From: Centroscyllium fabricii
Lineage: Eukaryota
DNA: 64,000 bases
Reading direction: 5' to 3'
Assembly (NCBI GenBank): GCA_051313645.2
Contig: JBNRSN020000004.1
Coordinates: 254,882,001 to 254,946,000, forward strand
Both the position numbers and the translations under genes were made by a program. This document shows positions 35,453 to 47,700 of this stretch, in pieces. A model generated the notes under the pieces. It saw only the letters and a program-made list of their open reading frames with translations, did not search any database and had not been told where the DNA came from. The stretch's first letter is position 1. Each line of letters starts with the position of its first letter.

Positions 35453-36206
35453 TGGCCCAGAAATTCCCGTCATCACATATCGGGTTTAAGCTCTGGTACG
35501 AGCGCACCAGAGCTTAAACCCGCAGGAAGCTGACGGTGTGCACGCTTCAGGCTTTCCTGTGCCGCCCAGCGGGGTGGTCAGTGCTTCCTGCGAGGTCCAC
35601 CGCAGGAAGCTGCGAACTACAGGACCGCCCAGACTTTCCACTGTTTTTTTAAACTTTTTCTACGGACAAAGAGGAGAAAAATCAATGCTGGGAAAAAGCA
35701 GTCGTTAACACCCGTTTTCATCTGGTAAGTGTATATTTTATTGATTTTAATTGTTGTTTTTTCAGGTTTTTAACTGTTGATAACTTTAAAGACAGGTAAG
35801 TATTTTTTAGACCTCTTGGAAGTGAAAATAAAATTCTGTAAATTTTTATTTTTTCTTTAAAATAGGTTATTTGTGTTAGTTGGGGTAATGTTAAAAAACG
35901 TGGTGTTTGTAAAATTTTATTTTTGTGTTTAGGTGTCTTTTGAGATTCTCCCTTTTCAAAACTCGCACAGATTTCTCTGTGGAAGTTTTGAACGGAGAAT
36001 TGCTTCCATTGACTGGCTCCTTGCCAATCAGCTGGTCTCAAAAGCCATCTCGCACTAATTACGCCCTTCAGAACTCGCACGGAGCTCTGACAGGCAAGGC
36101 TAATGGGAATTTCTCAGTGCAAAAAAGCAAAACTGAATATGGGCAATTAAAGTGCGTTAAGCAGCACTGCACCCGCATGAAAGGCTCCACTGCAATTTCT
36201 GGGCCA
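35453..36206. mobile_element. Harbinger-type MITE
   Basis: Perfect 13-bp TIR tggcccagaaatt / aatttctgggcca. Confidence 0.8.
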
Positions 36207-36638
36207 TTAAGGCACACCCAAGCTATCATTTCATTGCATAAAAGTTAATAGTAGTGCCGTTTGTGATATACACAGCAAGTATTTACAGGTTCTGCCAAAA
36301 ATGAAGTGTTTACATGGAACCTCAATTGTTGTCCTATTTGTGAGCATAGTTGTATATTTGGAAAATTTTGCTGATGTGATAGAAGGGGCAAGGTTCTGTG
36401 TAAATTAAGTAATTTGTCTCTTTAAAAAATGTGGTGCAGCATGCTCCCACCGTGAAACTAACTAGGCGACAAGACATGGATACAGCAAGGATGATACAAA
36501 GCTTAATTTTGTGCTTCATCATCAATACAGAGTTACTGAGACTGGTCATTTAGATACTGCTGTGAGTGAGGAATTGAAATTTTAGAACAAGTAGACTATC
36601 ACAGATCTCTATATGGGCTCTGAGACTCAAAGCCAACT

Positions 36639-36809
36639 GGATAGATTTTGACTTTGTGCAATAGTGTAATTCAGATGATAGCAAATCGGCAACCCGTTTC
36701 ATATCACTCCCAATTTGAATTCAATGAAAATGAAAATCGGGAGAGATGTGAAATGGGCTGCTGATTTGCTATCAATTGTTTTACACTATCGCACAAATTC
36801 AAAATCTAC
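36639..36809. repeat. ~170-bp imperfect palindrome (hairpin MITE)
   Basis: tagattttgactttgtgcaatagtgtaa...gatagcaaatcggcaaccc pairs with gggctgctgatttgctatc...ttacactatcgcacaaattcaaaatcta. Confidence 0.85.
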
Positions 36810-36999
36810 TTAACAATGTTGAGCCTGCTAATTAAGATAAGGATCATTCTGAGTTCATATTTCTTCACTACAGTAAGCATACATTTCTATTTTGGGCAAT
36901 GCCATGTCTTTTTCATCTCATTGGCAAAGTTTTGTTGAACAAAGTGTACATATGACACAGGACAATACCTTCTAAAACTCAATAAAAAAACTTTGTTAG

Positions 37000-37350
37000 T
37001 TCAGCAGTGGCCTAATGGGTAAAGTGTTTCTCCTTCTAGTACTGAGCCATATAGATCAGGATGCTTGTGGTGAGTAATCTGATCTCAACTGGGTCTGCAG
37101 TTGGTTTAAAATTGGCAGCAGGATCCTATCAGCTAAAGAAGAGAAAGATCCTGCTACCCAGTGACATCTGCTGGAACAGCAGCATGGTTGGTGTCAGGTG
37201 AGAACAGGATCAAGTGCAGCTTTGTTGTCCTTGGCAGTGAAGTAGCTTGCTGACACTGTCTGGGCTGTCACAGCAAGTCTGTCCATTTGGGTGAGGTAGC
37301 GAAAGGCTGCTGGATTGGAATCATACTCCAGCTGGCTTCAGGAGGATGGA
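37000..37350 (+). mobile_element. Degenerate ancient SINE, AmnSINE2-like
   Basis: Blocks gtggcctaatgggtaaag, tactgagccata, tgagt..tctgatctca, ccagtgac..ctgctggaa, ggtgagaacaggatc resemble the recalled consensus; not verified by alignment. Confidence 0.45.
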
Positions 37351-38119
37351 GAAAATTGAAAAAAGTAACAGGCCAGTCAATGCTATGGATTTTACTTTTA
37401 TTGACAGCAGTAATGATCAGGCACTAACACTTGATGTGTTCCTAGGAAATAGGTATCATCATCAAGAATTTTTTTTGCTAGTGTTTTGAAAGGCTTTAAA
37501 GGAATTTAATTGATTATCAATTACCAATCCTTAAGGATTAATGACTCAAGAGAGTGCTTACTGCTTTCTATTGTGCCTACACAAACAATCAGGCTGAAAA
37601 ATCATTGGCTCTTCAAGCGCTTCCTCTGTAACGCCAGCTCGGTAGGATTGGGCAGAGTCAACATGGATTTATGAAAGGGAAATCGTGTTTTGACAAATCT
37701 GTTAGAGTTTTTTGAAGTTGTAACTAGCAGAATAAATAAGGGGGAACTAGTGGGTGTGGTGCATTTGGATTTTCAGAAGGCATTCGTAAAGGTGCCACAT
37801 AAGAGGTTATTAAACAAAATTAGGGCTCATGGGGTTGGGGGGTAATGGATTGAGGATTGGTAAATGGACAGAAAACAGAGAGTAGGACTAAATGGGTCAT
37901 TTTGGGGTTGGCAGTTTGTAACTAGTGGGGTACTGCAAGGATCAGTGCTTGGGCCTCAGCTATTCGCAATCTACATCAATGATTTGGGTGAGGGGACCAA
38001 ATGTCCTATAGCCAGGTTTGCTGATGATACAAAGCTGGGTCAGAATGTAAGTTGTGAGGAGGATGCAAGGAGGGTTCAAGAGATATAGACAGGCTAGGTG
38101 AGTGGGCAAGAACATGGCA

Positions 38120-38978
38120 GCCGGAATTTTGCCGGTCCTCAGAGTGCGCGATTGGAGGTGGGACCGCTGTCAAAATGGCAAAGATTGACAGTGAGCAGAA
38201 AACCCGCTGTCAACCCGCCTCCAATCAATCTTCCCAAGTGTTGGGTCCCCGATTTGCACATTAACAGCGGGAAGAGGATTATAGTCACTTACCTAGCTGT
38301 TAACAGGTGCTTGATACTTGTTAACAGTTTCTTTTTCAATTTTGCCACTTTTGCCTCGGGTTCCCTGACATCTGGACACCACACCAGGTAAGTGTGGCAT
38401 GTTGTGAGTCTGCTGCAGTGTTTCTGCATTGATGACAGCTGCAGAAGTAGAGTGAAGGATTCAATGGTGCACTGGTGAGTTTTAGAGGTATGGAAATGTA
38501 GGGAAAATAATTTTTAATGCATTTACACTTTTCTGTAGGTAATACGTTTTTGGCTGTCTAGTCCCATCTCCTAGGGAGAACCTCTCTCACCAGTGACAGA
38601 TTGCTTCTGGAACCTCACCTGCAGCTGCCATCTGTTCTAGCCTAAGGCGGGAGTCACTGGATAGCCTGGGTGCAAGAGCTCCCCTGTGAACAGTCATTGG
38701 CAGTGTATGCAGCACCTCAATGCTGTCAAACACTGAGAAATGAGCAGTCAAAGAAAAATTGTGTGTGGTCCCTTTAAGAAAATTGGCAGATGACACGTCA
38801 TCAAATGACATCATCTGACCGGCTTCTTCTTAATTGGCCAGCAAACCCACAGGGTGGGCTTAACAAGGCCAATCGACTTAAAATCACATCCATTTGCCAG
38901 ATGCAGTTGGGGGCGGGACTGGAACTTGGAAACCAGCTGACCCGCTCCCACCCCGCATCCATTTGCAAAATCGTGGCC
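38120..38978. mobile_element. Harbinger-type MITE inside CR1
   Basis: Interrupts CR1 at acatggca|...|ggcaaatggaat; degenerate TIRs gccggaatttt / aaaatcgtggcc. Confidence 0.65.
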
Positions 38979-39403
38979 GGCAAATGGAATATAATGTGGA
39001 GAACTGTTAAGTTATCCACTTTCGTGGGAAAAATAGAAAAGCAGAGTATTTTTTAAATGGTGAGAGATTAGAAAATGTTGGTGTTCAGAGGGACCTGGCT
39101 GTCCTTGTACACGAGTGATTGAAAGTTAACATGCAGGTACAGCAAGCAATTAGGAAAGCAAATGGTATGTTGGCCTTTATTACAAGAGGATTTGAGTATA
39201 AGAGTAAAGCCGTCTTACTGCAATTACATAGTGCCCTGGTGAGACCACACCTCGAGTATTGTGTACAATTTTGGTCTCCTTACCTGAGGAAGGATATACT
39301 TGCCATAGAGGGAGTGCAATGAAGGTTCACCAGACTGGTTCCTGGGATATGGGGATTGTCCTATGAGGAGAGATTGAGTAGACGAGGCCTATATTCTCGA
39401 GAG

Positions 39404-42400
39404 TGTAGTGCATGCAGGCCTGAAGAACCACGCTAGAGACAGTGAGATCAGATAACACTCATTTAATAGTTTACACTGCAAGGGCCAGGTAGCGAAGAGA
39501 CTGAGCTACCTGGAACAGGCATATTTAAAGGGCCCGTGGTTGGTGACGTCACTGCCGGATGTCCCGGTGACATCATCACGCCGGAAGTCGCGGTGACGTC
39601 ATCACGCCGCCCAGCGGGCGGGGCCGTGTCCCGCAGTACTCCCGAGGCGGATTCGTTGGTCTTGGTGGGCGTGTCGCCACACAGCTCCCCCCCAGAATCT
39701 GTGAGGGAGAATAAAGTTAAAAATAAAAAAAGGGAGAATAAAATAAAAATAAAAAAATGGAGCATAAAAGGTGAGTCTCAGGCGAGGCGTTGCGGTGGCC
39801 GGATGATGCGGTCGGCACGTGTCGTGCGCTGCTCCTTGTTCTGCGTGGGAGTGTGGGCGAGCTTTGGTGCGGTAGGGCGTCCGCGTTTTGGTGGCTGCGC
39901 GGGGACTGTTGTCTCACCCGCCATTACATGTGCCGGTTTGAGCCGGTCAATCGAGACAGTCTCCGTTCTGTTGCCCATTTTGATTTGGAATGTCTTAGGT
40001 CCCTCTGTACGGTCCATCGTACGGTGGCTGTAGTGGTGTTCGATGTGCGTCATGGCGGACAAACCCATATTTGGCGTTCTTGATGCCGTCTGGAACACGT
40101 GCTGCCGGCTCTCCGTGCCGGGCCACCGGGAGTGGTTTGAACGCCCCTGCCTGATTGTTAAATTCCTTGAGGCAGTGGTCGGCTGACCAGGGGGCGTTGG
40201 GTTCTGCGACGAACTCGCCTGGTACGGTTAGGGGTTGGCCATAGACGAGTTCCGCCGCTGAGGCGTGCAGGTCTTCCTTGGCCGCTGAGCGTAGGCCGAG
40301 CATTACCCAGGGCAGGCGGTCGGTCCAGGTTGCGTCCTTAAGGCTGGCCCGCAGGGAAGCTTTGATGGAGCGGTGGAACCGTTCGCAGAGGCCATTGGCC
40401 TGTGGCTGGTAGGCGGTGGTTCGGTGCAGGGTTGCCCCGAGGTCGTGGGCGATGGTCGCCCATAGGGTTGAGGTAAATTGGGGGCCCCTGTCCGACGTGA
40501 TGTCGGTGGATACGCCGAAACGTGCGACCCAGGTGGCGATGAAGGCCCTGGCCAGGTCCGCGGTGGTGGTAGCGGTGAGTGGGACCGCTTCTGGCCAGCG
40601 GGTGCTGCGGTCGACCATTGTCATGACGTGTGTATGTCCCCGTGATGGCGGTAGTGGTCCGACCAGGTCGATGTGGACGTGGCTGAAGCGTTTAGCTGGA
40701 ATGGCGAACGTTTCTAGTGGTGCCTTGATGTGCTTGTGCACCTTGGCGCGCTGGCAGGCAGTGCAGGCGTTGGTCCAGGCGCGGACATCCTTGCACAGGC
40801 CGTGCCAAACGAAACGTGCCGAAATCAGCTTAGTGGACGCGCGGACGCCGGGGTGGGACAGGTCATGGAGGGTCTGGAAGATGTGTCGCCTCCATGCGTG
40901 GGGGACGACGGGTCTGGGCTGCGGGAGGGAGACGTCGCAGCGGACCGCCGTGGCTGTGGGCCCGTGTGCTACGGTGGCCAAGTGCAGGCCGGGGATGTTG
41001 GTAGCTGGGTCGAGCAGATCAGGGTCGGTCAGTTGGTCGGCCGCCAGTTTGGCGTAGTCGACGGCCGTTTGTACGGAGTTGATGGTGGGGCGTGACAGGC
41101 AGTCAGCAACCACGTTGTCGCGGCCGGCGATGTGCTGTATGTCGGTGGTAAACTCCAACACAGCCGCGAGCTGGAGCTGCTGCCTGGCCGACCAGGGTTC
41201 GGCAATCGTAGCCATTGCTGACACGAGTGGCTTGTGATCTACGAAGGCTGTAAAATGGCGGCCCTCTAGGAGGAAGCGGAAGTGGCGCACTGCGAGGTAG
41301 AGAGCGAGTAGCTCCCTATCGAAGGCACTGTACTTGACCTCCGGGGGCCGGAGTTGCTGGCTGAAAAAGGCCAGCGGTTGCCAGGAGTTGCCTGTCCACT
41401 GCTCGTAGACTGCTCCGACGGCGTAGTCGGAGGCGTCGGTGGTGAGGGCCACTCTGGCGTTGGGCCTAGGGTGGGCTAGGAGCGTGGCATTGGCCAGGGC
41501 GGTTTTGGTTGCGGTGAAGGCGGTGGTGGCTTCGGCCGTCCACTCGACCGCAGCCTTGTTGGACTGCCCGCGGGTGGCCTGATAGAGGGGTGCCATGAGA
41601 GCGGCTGCTCCTGGGATGAAGCGGTTATAAAAATTAACCATCCCAAGGAATTCCTGCAGCCCCTTGATGAAGTGCGGGCGGGGTAATTCCTGGACCGCCT
41701 GCACCTTGGAGGGCAGGGGTATGGCCCCGGTCTGGGAAATGCGGTGGCCGAGGAAGTCGATCATCTCGAGGCCGAACCGACATTTGGAGGGGCTTAATAT
41801 AAGGCCGTGTTCGACCAGGCGTTTGAACAGGGTCCTGAGATGGAGGAGGTGTTCCTGGGGGGAGGTGCTGGCCATGAGGATGTCGTCCAGGTAGACGAAT
41901 GTGAACTGCAAGTCCCGTAGGACTGAGTCCATGAGGCGTTGGAAGGCCTGGGCCGCGTTTTTAAGTCCGAAGGGCATTCGGAGAAACTCGAAAAGGCCGA
42001 AAGGGGTAATGACGGCTGTCTTAGGGACGTCCGCCGGGTGCACTGGTACCTGGTGGTAGCCCCGTACCAGGTCGATCTTTGAAAAAATCGTGCAGCCGGC
42101 TAGCCTTGCTGAGAAGTCTTGGATGTGGGGTACGGGGTACCTGTCTGGGGTGGTGGCGTTGTTGAGGCGGCTGGAGTCTCCGCAGGGGCGCAAGCCACCG
42201 CCGGGTTTGGGGGCGATGTGGAGGGGAGAGGCCCAGGGGCTGCTGGAGCGGCGGATTATGCCGAGTTGTTCCATGATGTGGAACTCGGTACGCGCGATCT
42301 CCAGCTTGGCCGGGTCCAGCCTGCGTGCGTGGGCATGGACTGGAGGGCCTGTGGTGGTGATGTGATGCTCCACCCCATGCTTGGCCGTGCGGGCTGTGAA

Positions 42401-43967
42401 GGTGGGGTTGGTGAGGGCTGGGAACTCCGCGAGGAGCGTGCCGTACGTGTCGGAGTTCCGGGCTCGGCAGTGGGGCGCTGTGTGGGCCTGGTGTGCCGGC
42501 CCTCTGGAGCATGGGATGGTCGACATGTTATGGATGTCGACCAGGCGGCGCTGGGTCACGTCGACCAGTAGACCGTGGGCGCAAAGAAAATCAGCCCCGA
42601 GGTGGGGTAGTTTGACTTGGGCTGTGATGAAGTCCCACTGGTATGTGTGGCCTGCTAGCTTGATGGTGAGCTTGCGGGTGCCGTACGTAACTATCTCGGA
42701 GCCATTTGCGGCTTCGAGTGGTGGGCCTTGGGTGCCTTGCTTGGTTTCTGCGGGGGAGGCTGGCACAATGCTGTGCTGCGCGCCTGTGTCGCAGAGGAAG
42801 AGGAGGCCTGAGCCGTTGTCCGTGACGAAGAGCAGTGCTCCAGAGCGGCCTACGGACATGGTGGGGCTTGAGCTGGGTTGGGGTTTGAAGGTGCAGGGCT
42901 GGACGCAGCGCTGCGCTTTAGCTTCAAACCTGGTGTGGTAGTAACACCAGCCGGGGCCTGTTGTGCGCGGCTTTTTGCGGGTGCGCACTGGCCTGGGTTC
43001 AGACTTGGGGCCGGACCTGGGGTGCGCGTAGTAGTGCTCCGGTGCCGTGGCAGTGGGCTCGCACGTGGCGGCTCGGGAGCGCTCGGCCCTCATCAGCTTG
43101 TCGGCCTCCTCAGCCAGTTGCTCTTTACTGTAGTGGTAGGGGATCGTCAGAGCCGGTCTGACGGAGGGAGGCAGTTTGAGGAGGAACAAGGTGCGCTTAA
43201 TGGTGGCCGGGTCGCAATTGAGCGCTTCCATTTGGGCCCAGAGGTCCGATGGGTCTGCGTCCCCGAGTTCGTGGCGTTTAATGAGCTGGCAGTCGCGCTC
43301 AAACTGGGAGGGGATGAATTTCTTTAGCAGCGCGGCCTTAAGGAATTCGTACCTGCCAGCGGTTGGTTCGTGCTGTATCATTGGCCACATTCGGTCGACC
43401 GTGGTCTGTGATAGGGCCGCGAAGAGCAGGTTGTATCGATCGTCCCCCTGTACGCCATGGATGCGGTAGGTGTTCTCCGTGCTGAGGAACCAGGCCGCTG
43501 GACGTAGTTCCCAGAACTCTGGCAGGGTTGGTATTTGGCCGGAGTTCTGGCCCAGTCTGTGAATTCGCGCTGTTTGGCTCCCTGCTGGCATGTTGGTGGG
43601 GAGTGTACTGAGGCAGCTTGGCCCTCAGTCCTGCAGCAACTGCTTCATTATGTTCCCTTGGCAGTCGTTCCAAGTATTGAGGTCACCACTGTAGTGCATG
43701 CAGGCCTGAAGAACCACGCTAGAGACAGTGAGATCGGATAACACTCATTTAATAGTTTACACTGCAAGGGCCAGGTAGCGAAGAGACTGAGCTACCGGGA
43801 ACAGGCATATTTAAAGGGCCTGCGGTTGGTGACATCACTGCCGGATGTCCCGGTGACGTCATCACGCCGGAAGTCGTGGTGACGTCATCACGCCGCCCGG
43901 CGGGCTGAGCCGTGTCCCGCAGTACTCCCGAGGCGGATTCGTTGGTCTTGGTGGGCGTGTCGCCACA
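39404..43967 (-). mobile_element. Ty3/Gypsy LTR retrotransposon, CsRn1-like
   Basis: 278-bp LTRs 39404-39681 and 43690-43967 (~10 mismatches by eye); 4-bp TSD agag/agat; PBS TGGTGACC (tRNA-Trp type); G-rich polypurine tract. Confidence 0.95.
39995..43591 (-). CDS. Gag-Pol polyprotein, 1198 aa, with a frameshift near the integrase C-terminus
   Basis: Gag LPEFW...PAAWF, CYYH..F...A..C..PC knuckle; LCDTGA; IDLVRGYHQ, MPFG, YLDD; TTDAS; HIDLVGP, TSDRG, NGLCER; tail continues in 39778..40098. Confidence 0.85.
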   Translation of the reverse strand: MPAGSQTARIHRLGQNSGQIPTLPEFWELRPAAWFLSTENTYRIHGVQGDDRYNLLFAALSQTTVDRMWPMIQHEPTAGRYEFLKAALLKKFIPSQFERDCQLIKRHELGDADPSDLWAQMEALNCDPATIKRTLFLLKLPPSVRPALTIPYHYSKEQLAEEADKLMRAERSRAATCEPTATAPEHYYAHPRSGPKSEPRPVRTRKKPRTTGPGWCYYHTRFEAKAQRCVQPCTFKPQPSSSPTMSVGRSGALLFVTDNGSGLLFLCDTGAQHSIVPASPAETKQGTQGPPLEAANGSEIVTYGTRKLTIKLAGHTYQWDFITAQVKLPHLGADFLCAHGLLVDVTQRRLVDIHNMSTIPCSRGPAHQAHTAPHCRARNSDTYGTLLAEFPALTNPTFTARTAKHGVEHHITTTGPPVHAHARRLDPAKLEIARTEFHIMEQLGIIRRSSSPWASPLHIAPKPGGGLRPCGDSSRLNNATTPDRYPVPHIQDFSARLAGCTIFSKIDLVRGYHQVPVHPADVPKTAVITPFGLFEFLRMPFGLKNAAQAFQRLMDSVLRDLQFTFVYLDDILMASTSPQEHLLHLRTLFKRLVEHGLILSPSKCRFGLEMIDFLGHRISQTGAIPLPSKVQAVQELPRPHFIKGLQEFLGMVNFYNRFIPGAAALMAPLYQATRGQSNKAAVEWTAEATTAFTATKTALANATLLAHPRPNARVALTTDASDYAVGAVYEQWTGNSWQPLAFFSQQLRPPEVKYSAFDRELLALYLAVRHFRFLLEGRHFTAFVDHKPLVSAMATIAEPWSARQQLQLAAVLEFTTDIQHIAGRDNVVADCLSRPTINSVQTAVDYAKLAADQLTDPDLLDPATNIPGLHLATVAHGPTATAVRCDVSLPQPRPVVPHAWRRHIFQTLHDLSHPGVRASTKLISARFVWHGLCKDVRAWTNACTACQRAKVHKHIKAPLETFAIPAKRFSHVHIDLVGPLPPSRGHTHVMTMVDRSTRWPEAVPLTATTTADLARAFIATWVARFGVSTDITSDRGPQFTSTLWATIAHDLGATLHRTTAYQPQANGLCERFHRSIKASLRASLKDATWTDRLPWVMLGLRSAAKEDLHASAAELVYGQPLTVPGEFVAEPNAPWSADHCLKEFNNQAGAFKPLPVARHGEPAARVPDGIKNAKYGFVRHDAHRTPLQPPYDGPYRGT

Positions 43968-44764
43968 AGATTTTAGAAGAATGAGAGGTGATCTCATTGA
44001 AACATACAAAATTCTTACAGGGCTTGACAGTGTAGATGCAGGGAGGATGTTTCTCCTTGCTGGGGAGTCTAGAACCAGGGGTCAGAGTCTCAGAATAAGG
44101 TGTGGGCCATTTTGGATTGAGATGAGGAGAAATTTCTTCACTCAGAGGGTGGTGAATCTTTGGAATTCTCTACCCCAGAGGGCTATGGAGGCTCAGTCCT
44201 TGAATATATTCAAGACAGAGATCGATAGATTTTTGAATGTTAAGGGAATCAAAGGATATGGGGATAGTGCAGGAACGTGGAGACAAGGTACAAGATCAGT
44301 TATGATCTTATCGAATGGTGGAGCAGGCTCGAAGGGCTGAATGGCCTCCTCCTGCTCCTATTTCTTATGTTCTTATGAGACAAGCAGAAGCATCACAAAT
44401 GAGGTCGTAATCTGACCATGCCCGTTGGAAGTAGTGAAGTAAGCTTACAAATTCGAGCTGTCTGCTTATTACCATGATTGCAGCACTGTGCCCAGTGCTA
44501 AATGCGCTGCTGGTTGGTTCAGCGCTCAACAGGGGGCCCAATATCAGGTGCACTCTGCTGTCCAATTAAAGTTTGCCTGCAGATTGAAAGGCTGTCTGCA
44601 CTTCTTTAAAGGGAGGTGCTTTGTTGCAGAACCACCTCATTGTCACTGTAGCTGCAGCAATGTCACAACATAGTAAAGAAAGGGCACCTCGCTTCTCAGG
44701 TGCAGCACTATTGGCCTTAGTCCAGGGGTATAGAGAAGAAGACAGGTCATCTACTTGCAGGGAG

Positions 44765-47700
44765 TGTGGTAATATTGAACAGACTTCCGGGGGAAGGCTA
44801 AGGGGTGAACTCTGTATATGTCACTTCCTGTTTTCTGTTAGTATAAATACTGGAACTGCTCAGTATGGGGTGAACGCTTCACCTGGAAGCATGGTAAAAC
44901 CTGTCTTTGTACATAGTGATAATATAGTGGATTTGCTTTAAGTTATTGATGTATCAGACTCCATTATTACATCAATTTAATCCACTAAAAACTTCATGCT
45001 CAAAATCCTTAAAACTTTTGGACAGCACGGAACTGAGGATCTAGGGACCAACCCATCATGGAAAGCCTCCTCAAACCGACTCGCCTGGATCTGGACCCAA
45101 ATGCACCAGCAGCTGCCATGGTATGGAAGCATTGGTTCCATACTTTTGAGAATTTTCTTGAAGAATGTTGTGAGGATACCTCTACCAAGTACGATTACTT
45201 GTGAATTATGTCCCCAAACATATATGAATATGTTGATAAATGGGATAACTATAATGAGGTAATCCAAGCACTGAAAGAACTATATACTAAGGCCCCAAAC
45301 GAGGTCTATGCTAGACATTTACTGTCCACGGCCCAACAAAGGCCAGGGCAATCGAGTCATGAGTTCCTTCAAGAACTTCGCAGGCTCAGTGTAGATTGTA
45401 ATTTTAAGTCAGCCTCGGCTGAGGTGTACGGCGAACAAATGATTCGAGATGCTTTCATCTGCGGGATCGCCTCTCCATTTATATGCCAGCGTCTGCTAGA
45501 GAGGAAAACGCTTGAGCTATCAAAGGGTTTTGACCTGGCTTGTTCCCTGGACATGGCAAAAAAAAATGCAGACCTCTATCAGCTGCCCAGATCTCGAACT
45601 GCTGCTGCAACTGCAATCAGACCATTCAAGGGGCCTCAGGTGGACCCTATCATGGAAGAATCTAGTCCTGATGAGTTCAGTGATGAGGAGGAGGATGACC
45701 CCACTTTAGCAGCCTCTTGGCAATCTAGGAAGAAATGCTTCTTTTGTGGAGACTCTTTCCACCTTAGGAAATTCTGCCCTGCTCACAATGCAATCTGCAG
45801 TCATTGCAGTAAAAAGGGACACTTTGCAAAAGTTTGCCAATCAAGAGCCTCTACGAGGGCCTATCAAACTAAGGCCTACCGAGCTGCCCCAATTAGGGCC
45901 TATCAAGATGCTCCAGCTAGGACCTATCGAGCTCCCTCCCGAAGAAACACACCTAGAATTACAGCCTCCCTCTGTGCAACCACACCAATTACAGCTGCCT
46001 GCCCTCAAAATTTATTTCATGCAGCTACAAAAGTCTTGATTAATGGGCATACCTTTGATGCCTTAATTGACTCAGGAATTACTGATAGTTTCATTAGAAA
46101 ACAGATTGTTGAGAAATTGAAACTACATGTCTTCCCATTGGACCAGGCAATTGCAATGGCTCAGTCATCACTTAATACCAGAATCTCCGGCTTTTGTATT
46201 ACTGACATGACACTTAATGGCCGCATGTATCCCTCCACTCAGCTCTCAGTGCTCAAGGACCTATGTAGTGATCTTATCCTAGGGCTGGATTTTCAAAAAC
46301 AGCATAAAAAAACTCATCATTGAGTTTGGCGGTTCCAAACCTGGACTTACTATTTCTAATATAACGTCTAAATCACCATTTTGTGCACTGTCAGCAGCCT
46401 CACTTGATGAACCCTCATTATTCACCAGTATTCCTCCTCAATGCAAACCAATAATAACCAAATCTCGACGCTTCAGTCAGGAAGATCAATCTTTCATTGA
46501 GACAGAAATCTCTCGTCTTTTAGCAGAGGACATCATCGAACCATGTTCATCGCCCTGGCGGGCTCAAATCGTCATCATTAAGAACCCTCTAAAACCTCAC
46601 AAAAAATGACTATGCATTGATTACTCTCAAACCGTCAATCAAAATACTGACCTGGACGCCTACCCATTGCCACGCATTGATGACATGGTTAATAAACTGG
46701 ATGAATACAAAGTGTTCTCAACCTATGATTTAAAGAGTGCCTATCATCAGGTACCCTTACGGGTCTCAGATAAAATTTTTGTCGCCTCCCATTCGGGGTC
46801 ACTAATGGAGTGGCTGTCTTCCAATGGGCAATGGATGGCCTCGTTGAGCAGGAAAACTTAAGGGATACTTTTCCCTACCTTAATAACATTACTGTTGCAG
46901 GCCACGACCAGCAGGAACATGATGCCAACCTCCAAAGATTTCGGGATGCTCTCCATCACCGTAACTTAACTTTAAATGAATCCAAATCTGTGGAATCGCA
47001 ACCGACCATCAACATTCTTGGCTACTGCTTAGGCAATGGTATCATTAAACAAGACCCGGAAAGACTTCGCCCGCTCCAGGAGCTCCCCCCACCTAACAAT
47101 CCAGCTTCTTTACGTCGGGCCCTCGGTCTGTTTGCATACTGCGCTAAATGGATTCCGAATTTTTCAGATAAAATTCAGCCCTTGCTGAATGCTAGAACAT
47201 TTCCGTTGGGTACAGTGGCTGATGCAGCCTTTAACCTTCTCAAGAAACAGTTGGAGAAAGCGACTCTTCACTCCATCAATGAGGACCTCCCTTTCGTAGT
47301 CGAATGTGATGCCTCGGAGGTGGTGATCTCAGCTATTCTAAATCAAGAAGGCCGTCCTGTAGCATTCATGTCCAGGACCTTACAAGGTGCCGAGATACAT
47401 TATCCTCTGGTTGAGAAGGAAGCCACAGCCATCATAGAGGCAGTACGGAAGTGGAACCATTTCCTAGCTCGCATTTACATTAATCATGGACCAGTGATCA
47501 GTCGCCTTCATGCTCGATAATCGAAAGCGAACTAAAATTAGGAACAATAAAATACAGCTTTGGAGGATGGAATTGGCCTCTTTTGGTTACACCATTCACT
47601 ATCGACGTGGCAAAGAGAATGTGGCCCCGGATACCCTCACACGCTCTGCTATGTCATCCTCTACTCTCATAGACATCCATGGTGGATTGTGTCATCCTTG

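Larger units (their letters stand above)
37640..44377 (+). mobile_element. CR1 LINE 3' portion interrupted by a MITE and a Gypsy element
   Basis: QHGF.KGKS, LDFQKAF, SGVLQGSVLGP, FADDTK, LVRPHLEYCVQFWSP, RGDLIETYKI; tail gaatggcctcctcctgctcctatttcttatgttcttatg. Confidence 0.92.

Noticed and set aside
40416-43469. Many plus-strand ORFs of 90-210 aa
   Set aside because: Antisense shadows of a GC-rich gag-pol frame
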